Positions 57,427 through 64,000 of a DNA stretch of 64,000 nt are shown piece after piece. Under the pieces are notes generated by a model. The model did no database searches. It was not told where the DNA came from and worked only from the letters and a program-made list of their open reading frames with translations. The number at the start of each line of letters is the position of its first letter. The first letter of the stretch is position 1. A program made the position numbers and the translations under genes. The DNA is from a virus (lineage: Duplodnaviria; Caudoviricetes): positions 128,001 through 192,000 of the IMG/VR virus record IMGVR_UViG_3300042691_041259. The stretch is one strand, 5' to 3'.

Positions 57427-58668
57427 TCAGAATAGACAAGTTGATTTTTCTTTCACATCAGCTTTTGTAGCTGAGAGATTGCTTTGTCGAAAAAACTTCT
57501 GACCTGAGGACGGAAGTTCTCCTTTAATGTATTTTACTACTTCCAAAGTCCAGTCTCGAGCAGTAGCGGTGGGTACATTTTGTGCAATGTGGTTCCACTG
57601 GTTTTTATCCAGGAGTTCAAAGTCATGAGGTAATCCCATAAGGTGCATATACTCGCGAATTGTAATGAACCGCTTTTCTTCGGGATGCGATCCACAGATC
57701 ATGTTTTTAGAGATCACTGCATTAAAATGGTCGTTTCCTAATCTTGGAGAAACATCCCAAAAGCCTTTTCCTTCGGCAAGTTTCTTTTTAATGTGGTGTA
57801 ATGATCGAGCATCCACAGATCCAGGCAAAACTTTATCTGTGTACTCAATACATTCGTCCAGCCAGCCGTTCTTTACAATATACCAGTTCATGGTACGGCT
57901 GTCCTCGTCGGCCATCATTTCTTTCCAGGAAACTCCTTTAACCTCTTCCACAAACTTAATGATTGGGAGACCTTCAAGTTTCCAGTTGTTAAAAGTTTCC
58001 ATTAGGGAAGCATCCTTTGGAACTTCTGACAGGTATTCACCAAGTTTCTTATGTTCACGATTGTAAGTGTTAAGAACTGGTGCGTACTCACTGTCCCAGA
58101 AGAAGTAGAATGTCCGTGAGCGTTCTTGTGGAATGCCATGGCGGATTGTAGAAGTTTTCATCAAACTCATACTGTAACCATTTTCTTGTGCAATCTCAAA
58201 AAGCTTGTCCACCACACCTTTACCAACTTCTCCATAGAGCCCTGGAGCGTTTTCTCCAAAAAATACTCTGGGTTTAAGAGTTCCCAAAACAAATCGAGCA
58301 GAACGATACATCCACTCATTCTGTGCAGCGTCGGCTCCTCGCGATTTGCTGGTACCACCCTTTGAGTAATTAAGCATTGAAAGACCTGCACACGGACAAG
58401 TGGTACTTACAAAGTCCAATCGATCCTCGGTCACCACCGGCAGGCCGCCGTCCTCATCAAGATTGATGTACGGAACATCTGGCCAATATGCCCTTAGGTG
58501 TTTTTCATTTTCCTGGAACCCATTGTAAGTGTACAAGGCAATTGGCTTATTACCAGTTGCCATTGAGTTTCCAATAGTAAACCCGCCAATGAGTGGCACT
58601 ATTGAAGCATAACGGACTTCTCGTCCATCAATTAGAGCTCCAGCGCTTTCGTTATCGTTTCCTTCCAT
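57427..58668 (-). CDS. C5-cytosine methyltransferase-like protein, paralog 1 (atypical SAM motifs)
   Basis: CPCAGLS, GENAPGL, GIPQERSR, TIREYMHLMGLP (IX), AQNVP; motif I reads IVPLIGG. Confidence 0.8.
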   Translation of the reverse strand: MEGNDNESAGALIDGREVRYASIVPLIGGFTIGNSMATGNKPIALYTYNGFQENEKHLRAYWPDVPYINLDEDGGLPVVTEDRLDFVSTTCPCAGLSMLNYSKGGTSKSRGADAAQNEWMYRSARFVLGTLKPRVFFGENAPGLYGEVGKGVVDKLFEIAQENGYSMSLMKTSTIRHGIPQERSRTFYFFWDSEYAPVLNTYNREHKKLGEYLSEVPKDASLMETFNNWKLEGLPIIKFVEEVKGVSWKEMMADEDSRTMNWYIVKNGWLDECIEYTDKVLPGSVDARSLHHIKKKLAEGKGFWDVSPRLGNDHFNAVISKNMICGSHPEEKRFITIREYMHLMGLPHDFELLDKNQWNHIAQNVPTATARDWTLEVVKYIKGELPSSGQKFFRQSNLSATKADVKEKSTCLF

Positions 58669-60113
58669 TCTTCTAAAAAGTTGTAGTAATTAAAGTGTTC
58701 TTTGAGCTCGTGCATCACTTGAGCTTTTTCTTCAGGATGCGAGTCGTAGTAAGCAATTCTTTCAAGGATTTCTTCGTGGTTATGTACCACAATTTTTTCC
58801 TGAAGCGATGCAGGAATACCCGTGCAGTCTGGATCGTACCGATAGTCAAGTAGAGGGAACACATCCAGAGCAAGGTAAAGAGCTGGCCGCCAGTTAATGA
58901 TATTGTAGCGAGCAATGTTCTTGGCCACGAGCGAGTACTCGTACTGCGCAAGTGTTCGGTTGAGTTCTTGTGTGTCGATATATCCACGGTAGTTTGGGTG
59001 ATTTGAAACCGAATCCCAGAGTTCTGCAATAGTTGAGTCCTCAGTAATTCTTTTTTGCAACCTACCAATGCTTTTGCCTTCTTTTTTTCTTTCTGAAATG
59101 TGTCCATCAACTTTTGGTGGAACATAGAGATCAATGCCTTCGCCTTGAAGATTACGTAGATATGTATTCCAGACATCTTTGCGGGTATTTTTGCTCAAAA
59201 ACACCGTTCCATAGAAGATGAACTTATTCCGCTTTGTCTTGTCAATTTCCCATGGCTTTTCGTATAAAAAGTGTTGCATTTCTGCTACCGGGAAGGCATC
59301 AAAATCTCGGGTTCCGCGGAAGTCCTTTGCTAGCGCAAAGTTTTTGTGAGATGGAGACAATGTATCAAATACTCGGTAAAACGATCCAGGATCCACCACA
59401 AAATAGTATGACTTCTTGAAGTTGCCACTAGTTTTTCCTTCTTCAATATACCAGGCTCCCAAGTTATACAGGAGGTTCTTCATCCAATAGGTAAAGGTGA
59501 GAATCCCTACATGATAGTCGTATCGTTTGCTAATTTTCTTACAATTTTCCAGAATTACTTCACGGATTCGTGGATCATTGCCAATGTAATCGTGGAATTC
59601 ATTGTCGCCATGGATGTTCTCGTGTTGTAGAATTTCTTTTGGCGTTTCGCGTTTTACCCAGTAATCTTTCAGTGGCAGAAAAGCCCAGCGTTCATCAAGC
59701 CACATTACATACTGTGGAAAAACTTTAGGCAATTCTCTTGAAAAGAATTCCTGCACCACATCCCGGTTATGTTCCCAAGAAAGGTTATCTTCCTCGGTCA
59801 TTTCCGCCGCGCGCTTGAACCGCTTTTCTTTAATCTCTTCAAAGTCGTTTTGATTGATTGAATAGATGTTGGAATAACCCATGTCCACCAGTCGAGATGG
59901 ATCATTGTCAACGCCAACCCATACCAGGTTAAATCGTGGAGCAAGTACTTCCTGAATCATGTTGCGGTACCATCCAAGTATATGGTCCTGTTCTTTACAC
60001 AGGATAAGCTTGGAAAACACCAGGATCATTGTCTCCTTTTGAGGATCCAAAGGTTTTACGTTATATGACCGAACAAGTCTGAGTGGCTTTTCGGGTGCGT
60101 CAAATAATGCCAT
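58632..60113 (-). CDS. GT-B glycosyltransferase, T4 beta-glucosyltransferase-like C-terminal domain
   Basis: FDAFPVAE, FIFYGT, VHNHEEILERI and EEWKETITKALEL parallel my recollection of T4 BGT (FEYFPIEQ, VIYGGS, VNNRAELIDRV, AEWQDAFKKAIDL). Confidence 0.6.
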   Translation of the reverse strand: MALFDAPEKPLRLVRSYNVKPLDPQKETMILVFSKLILCKEQDHILGWYRNMIQEVLAPRFNLVWVGVDNDPSRLVDMGYSNIYSINQNDFEEIKEKRFKRAAEMTEEDNLSWEHNRDVVQEFFSRELPKVFPQYVMWLDERWAFLPLKDYWVKRETPKEILQHENIHGDNEFHDYIGNDPRIREVILENCKKISKRYDYHVGILTFTYWMKNLLYNLGAWYIEEGKTSGNFKKSYYFVVDPGSFYRVFDTLSPSHKNFALAKDFRGTRDFDAFPVAEMQHFLYEKPWEIDKTKRNKFIFYGTVFLSKNTRKDVWNTYLRNLQGEGIDLYVPPKVDGHISERKKEGKSIGRLQKRITEDSTIAELWDSVSNHPNYRGYIDTQELNRTLAQYEYSLVAKNIARYNIINWRPALYLALDVFPLLDYRYDPDCTGIPASLQEKIVVHNHEEILERIAYYDSHPEEKAQVMHELKEHFNYYNFLEEWKETITKALEL

Positions 60114-61537
60114 TAGAACAATTTTGTTGCGTTTACTGCTGGAGCTGCTGCCTTAGGAGCGTTCCACTTGACAAATACCTGCTTGGCGCCATCAAGGTAG
60201 CTCAGTTGTTTTCCCATGACTTCCTGGATTCCAAGAGCCGGGATTTTGCCTTCTGCTTCAAACTTTGAAACTTCTTCAGCGTACACCGGACCACAAAGGC
60301 TGGACAGCAATTCGCGTTCGTCGGTATATTTATTGGTGTCCTTTCCCATTGAAAAAATGTGTTCCAAAGTCTCGGGAATTATGCGGTCAGCATTAAATTC
60401 CTGATAGGCCACGTCAAAAGAGGTCTGTTGGTAGCGCTTCATCATTGGAATGTTGTGACTCATTTCCACAATTTTTGCAGCCACTTCTTGTACATCAGTT
60501 CCATCGGAAAGAATACAGAAGTCTGGAATATCTGAAAATAGAGTACCATCAGAGATTCGATTATGTTCTGCCCAGTGACGGTCAAACAGTGGAACTGCTC
60601 CAGTACCAATGATTTCAATTTGTGTATATTCCATGCGGTCTCCATAATTTTGTGGCTGCTTGGGTAGTGAATAAAAAGCAGAACCAAACATATGTGTTGC
60701 AAAGTGATTCAATGCAAAGTCGCGTGTGCATGGTTCCCATGCTTTTACTGGGCCATTACCATATACGCGATTAGGAATTGTTTTATTTACTTTGGTGTAA
60801 GTAGTCCATTCGTGATCAATGATCTGGAATTTGGCGCCGACTGATGCTTCAATACCGTGAATTTCTGTAACAAAGGTTGGATCTATTTGATCCGCCCAGT
60901 AACCAACCTCAACAGTACGGTCAATGTTTTTCAAAGTAGACCAACGGCCAACATAGGTGAGTCCGCGTTTGCGGCTTTCAATAGGATACTTTTCTTTGTA
61001 AGCCAAGAGTTCCTCAAAGTTCATCCACATTTTGAAGCGACACATTCTTTCGTTAGCCTTTTTTGATGGCATCATGGTAATTACTTGCTGAGCCATCCAG
61101 GTATCAGTACCAAAGTGATATACTAAATCAGCATCATTAAGCATTGGAACGAGATAGCAAATCTTGTCAACGTTGGCTTTAGAGATCTCATGTACAAACA
61201 TTACCTTTAAAGCTTGTAGTGGCTTGAAAAGATTATGATAGAACTTTTTAATTGCCTCGTGCTCGTACTTATTGTTAGGGTACGAATTGAAAATTACCAG
61301 GTCATATTTTTCTAAGGCTTGCTTAATTTCATCAACGTTCTCGTGAGTAAAAGATCGGTACGTCAGTTTATGAGAGCCTCTTCGAGTATAAAACTTTTCG
61401 TCATACGAAAAGGTATCCAGTTGGCAACCCACTTTTTTGGACCAGAGCTCCAGCTCTGCTCCTACGCGTGTAACTCCACAGCCTTCAATTCCCTGGCCAT
61501 AAACCACGGCAATTTTCTTTTCTTTCCAATTAGTCAT
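60113..61537 (-). CDS. agt: DNA alpha-glucosyltransferase-like protein (T4 AGT homolog)
   Basis: GIEGCGVT, DLVIFNSYP, YVGRWSTLK and MEYTQIEIIGTGAVPLF correspond to T4 AGT GLEGCGVT, DILIINSVP, WIGRTTTWK and LEYTHLELGACGTIPVF (from memory). Confidence 0.85.
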   Translation of the reverse strand: MTNWKEKKIAVVYGQGIEGCGVTRVGAELELWSKKVGCQLDTFSYDEKFYTRRGSHKLTYRSFTHENVDEIKQALEKYDLVIFNSYPNNKYEHEAIKKFYHNLFKPLQALKVMFVHEISKANVDKICYLVPMLNDADLVYHFGTDTWMAQQVITMMPSKKANERMCRFKMWMNFEELLAYKEKYPIESRKRGLTYVGRWSTLKNIDRTVEVGYWADQIDPTFVTEIHGIEASVGAKFQIIDHEWTTYTKVNKTIPNRVYGNGPVKAWEPCTRDFALNHFATHMFGSAFYSLPKQPQNYGDRMEYTQIEIIGTGAVPLFDRHWAEHNRISDGTLFSDIPDFCILSDGTDVQEVAAKIVEMSHNIPMMKRYQQTSFDVAYQEFNADRIIPETLEHIFSMGKDTNKYTDERELLSSLCGPVYAEEVSKFEAEGKIPALGIQEVMGKQLSYLDGAKQVFVKWNAPKAAAPAVNATKLF

Positions 61538-61542
61538 TTTGA

Positions 61543-63144
61543 TTAGTTATTTTGTGATTCTGATAGTTCTTTAATGAGTTGTTTTCCGCGAACAAACATG
61601 GCCTTTTGGCGGTCCGGATCATCAGCATGAAATGGTATTGCTGTGATAAGCAGCATTACAGCAAGACGCTTAAGAAGATACACTTCGTAACCATGAGACT
61701 CAAGTTCGGCTTCAAGAAACTCAGAAAGCTTCTCGGTACCAGGAACCCAGTTAATTTCAATGGTATCATTTTTATATTCATTCTTTCCCCATGTGTAGCG
61801 TTTAGCCATGATCATGGCATATCCACAGTAAAAGTCTTGTAAGAGTTTTCCCAAGTCATACCGCAAATCGCCTTGCGTCCAGGTTTCTCCAAAGGATCCT
61901 CGTGGATCCACAAATTTTAGGCTGCCACTGTATGGATCATAAATAATGTTACCTAAGTGAGAATCTCCATGCATAACATGAGACCATACCGGATGCTTAC
62001 ACATCATTAATGCGGTGTCTAGTAAAAAGTCTTCGTGCCAACGTGTTATCGGAACGTGCTGGCGAATATCAGCAATCCGTGCTTTGGTCTTTACAAAGTA
62101 ATGTTCAAAGCAGTATTTTGAAGAGTCCTCAGGATTGATTGTTTTTTCTGGATAGTATGAAGCAAATACCTGATGATGTATTTCCAAGATCTTTCGAATG
62201 ATCTCGTGCCAAACATCGGTGCGAAGGTTATCATAAACCAGGACTTCATTCAGAGCAGTTCCAGGCTCGAGAGACATTTTGAGAATTCCATAATCCGACT
62301 CCAGTATTCTTGGACAGAAGAGAGCTTGCTCTTCATCCAGGCCTTTGAACCAACGCTTTTCCGCCTCAATCTTTTCTTCCTTCTTGGGATCATCTGACCA
62401 CTTGGTGACAGTACCATAGAACGTGTCAACCTGTATGTGATTGAAAGACCTGGCGGATTTAGAAAGCAGACGAGCTTTTGATTGGTAATATGTATTAAGT
62501 TCTCCGCAGTCGTACCACTTATTTGTTTCAACAAGTTCCATTGCGCCTTCAGTCTTTACATAGGCCTCGAGTAGCGCGGCTATTTGATACTCGCCTTTGT
62601 GAGTGGGCCTTTTCATGCCTTTAGCCAAAGAACGATTGAATGCTTTGCGATTAACAAAATTATAGACGCCAATCAGCGCCTTGTTAGTTGGTACCTCAGT
62701 ATCGGGCTTATCATACAGGTTTCCATCGCTGTCTACAAGACACCATCGATGTGGATCTGCCACATTATGAACCGCCAGGAAGCTGCGTTGATATGGAAAC
62801 TCTTCTAAACAGATAGTGTCACCAAGCCAGATAGTGATGGCGTTTTCCGCATGCTCCAATGCATTGAATCCAACTTCAATTGCGTGCAGAGGGCCAAGCT
62901 TTTCGGCTTGCACCACGCATTTAATATCAAGTTTAGGATAAACACGTGCTACAAATTCAGCAATATCACCAATCTCGTTTTCCACTATGATTACTTCATT
63001 AACATCAGATTCTTTGAATATGTGTTCAATTACATAGGAGATAAGCGGTCGGCCATTGACAGGTATCATGGCTTTACTTACGCCTTTTGATAAAGGCTTC
63101 ATACGAGTGGCCAAACCGGCCGCTGGAATAATTACGCTTCTCAT
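61543..63144 (-). CDS. Sugar-phosphate nucleotidyltransferase fused to an APH/choline-kinase-like domain
   Basis: IPAAGLATRM, KAMIPVNGRP and WYDCG in the N-terminal domain; HGDSHLGNI and FVDPRG in the C-terminal kinase domain. Confidence 0.9.
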   Translation of the reverse strand: MRSVIIPAAGLATRMKPLSKGVSKAMIPVNGRPLISYVIEHIFKESDVNEVIIVENEIGDIAEFVARVYPKLDIKCVVQAEKLGPLHAIEVGFNALEHAENAITIWLGDTICLEEFPYQRSFLAVHNVADPHRWCLVDSDGNLYDKPDTEVPTNKALIGVYNFVNRKAFNRSLAKGMKRPTHKGEYQIAALLEAYVKTEGAMELVETNKWYDCGELNTYYQSKARLLSKSARSFNHIQVDTFYGTVTKWSDDPKKEEKIEAEKRWFKGLDEEQALFCPRILESDYGILKMSLEPGTALNEVLVYDNLRTDVWHEIIRKILEIHHQVFASYYPEKTINPEDSSKYCFEHYFVKTKARIADIRQHVPITRWHEDFLLDTALMMCKHPVWSHVMHGDSHLGNIIYDPYSGSLKFVDPRGSFGETWTQGDLRYDLGKLLQDFYCGYAMIMAKRYTWGKNEYKNDTIEINWVPGTEKLSEFLEAELESHGYEVYLLKRLAVMLLITAIPFHADDPDRQKAMFVRGKQLIKELSESQNN

Positions 63145-63545
63145 GGGTTTATCAATCTTTTAAGAGTTACAGATTCATAGTCAACTGCATCGTTTCTTAC
63201 AAAATCTGATGGGGAAAGAGCACGGTCGTCAATGTAATAAACATTAGGACCCCATGGCTTTCCAATTTTTATATCATCATAAGGAACGTCGTGACGATGC
63301 AACCAGCTGAGAAGAACCGGCAAAACATTGAGACGGACTTGCTCCACATCACCGCTATAGGTTCGCATTCCGCGAGCCGTATGCAGGATGATTGTGTGAC
63401 CTTCCTCTTTAAGTTTTCGGATCCGTTGAATCACTGGCCAAATCGGTCGAGCGTTTGCATAATCGTTACCGGATTTGCCATTCGGATACTTATCAGCCAC
63501 GCAGATAGTACCATCCACATCCATTACAAAAGTTGACTTTTCCAT
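63141..63545 (-). CDS. HAD phosphatase, capsule-biosynthesis-phosphatase type
   Basis: VMDVDGTIC, LHTARGM, GKPW and YYIDDRA motifs. Confidence 0.9.
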   Translation of the reverse strand: MEKSTFVMDVDGTICVADKYPNGKSGNDYANARPIWPVIQRIRKLKEEGHTIILHTARGMRTYSGDVEQVRLNVLPVLLSWLHRHDVPYDDIKIGKPWGPNVYYIDDRALSPSDFVRNDAVDYESVTLKRLINP

Positions 63546-63564
63546 TTTTTATTCCTTACATAGA

Positions 63565-63591
63565 TTATATTCAACACAGGTAAAAAAGTTT
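63565..63591 (-). promoter_or_regulatory. Early/middle-promoter-like motif AAAC-N15-GAATATAA
   Basis: Heads the HAD, NTP-transferase, AGT, BGT-like, MTase-like operon. Confidence 0.62.
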
Positions 63592-63680
63592 TACTGTTTT
63601 GTATATATGCAGCCAACTTTTTCATAGAATCACCATAGAGCAACTATCTATATTGCGTAAAGTTATACCTTATACACTTC

Positions 63681-63707
63681 AAAAGAATCACTCTATGTGA
63701 TTCTTTT
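63681..63707. terminator. Inverted repeat / probable terminator
   Basis: AAAAGAATCAC-tctat-GTGATTCTTTT, 11-bp stem, 20 nt after a stop codon. Confidence 0.5.
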
Positions 63708-63726
63708 AAGCCCGGTTTCCAAGAAG

Positions 63727-63879
63727 TTAATCTTCTTCTGTAAATTTCAACTTTAGGTATTCAATAGAATCAGATGGCCCAATAAGAGTATCGGCTGCTC
63801 TGTAGTAGCGAATGTTTTCTGGAGAATCTGTTAGCTCAATTTTTAAGCGATCTAATTTTGGTACAATTTTCTTGTTCAT
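63727..63879 (-). CDS. Small hypothetical protein (MNKKIVPKLDRLKIELTDSPENIRYYRAADTLIGPSDSIEYLKLKFTEED)
   Basis: ATGA overlap with the upstream ORF; below the ORF-track cutoff. Confidence 0.5.
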   Translation of the reverse strand: MNKKIVPKLDRLKIELTDSPENIRYYRAADTLIGPSDSIEYLKLKFTEED

Positions 63880-64000
63880 TCCCATAGGATTAGGTGGTTG
63901 GAGAAATTCTTTGAAGCGGAAAGTAGAGCTGACTTCCGGCGGTAATTACCATGATGTTTTCCGGACACTCCTCGTTGTCAAAAATAGCTCGGGCTTGTAC
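63876..64000 (-). CDS. 3' end of a gene entering from the right edge
   Basis: Open frame ...VQARAIFDNEECPENIMVITAGSQLYFSASKNFSNHLILWE-stop. Confidence 0.45.

Noticed and set aside
741-63536. The many 60-180 aa plus-strand and nested minus-strand ORFs in the track (e.g. 5896-6288, 28886-29434, 30585-31064, 31470-31904, 50358-50870)
   Set aside because: They are antisense or out-of-frame shadows of longer genes with recognisable motifs; none has a promoter motif or a family signature.
1-64000. Eukaryotic giant virus (NCLDV) origin, suggested by the SET domain and NEIL1-like glycosylase
   Set aside because: T4-like baseplate, neck and spike genes, S1, PhoH, overlapping operonic genes and rho-independent terminators indicate a tailed bacteriophage.
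1-64000. Stop-codon reassignment (alternative genetic code), as seen in some jumbo phages
   Set aside because: Very long ORFs are open in the standard code, and TAA, TAG (6482) and TGA (22067) all end genes at sensible positions.
1-64000. tRNA, rRNA, CRISPR array, intron, intein, integrase or reverse transcriptase/DGR
   Set aside because: None recognised by eye. Intergenic gaps are mostly too short, and usual intron/intein hosts (gp42-like, PhoH) are uninterrupted. A tRNAscan/Infernal run was not possible.

Overview
A 64-kb segment of a very large T4-like (myovirus-type) jumbo bacteriophage genome in the standard genetic code, with almost all genes on the minus strand. Positions 1-37.6 kb are mainly a virion module: gp6-, gp25-, gp13-, gp5-OB-, gp27- and gp53/LysM-like genes plus several giant structural proteins. 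Interspersed are a NEIL1-type DNA glycosylase, PolB-type exonuclease, SET-domain protein, PhoH, HAD enzyme, amidoligase and ribosomal protein S1 homolog. Positions 37.7-46.3 kb (plus one gene at 21.7 kb) hold proteins with an N-terminal motif resembling the T4 capsid-targeting sequence, including a PD-(D/E)XK nuclease, a Pol-beta-type nucleotidyltransferase and a PAP2-phosphatase polyprotein, so these may be packaged, injected effectors. Positions 53.3-63.5 kb form the most striking unit, an apparent cytosine-hypermodification locus. It encodes a gp42-like dCMP-specific synthase, a dNMP kinase, T4 alpha- and beta-glucosyltransferase-like enzymes, a DxD glycosyltransferase, an NTP-transferase/kinase fusion with a HAD phosphatase, and two C5-methyltransferase-like proteins with intact catalytic motifs but degenerate SAM-binding motifs. 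Two recurring promoter-like motifs (late-like GATA(A/T)ATA; early-like AAAC-N14/15-G(A/T)ATAnAA) and several terminators are visible. No tRNA, rRNA, CRISPR array or mobile element was seen. All family assignments come from motif recognition by eye and remembered reference sequences; no database search was run.
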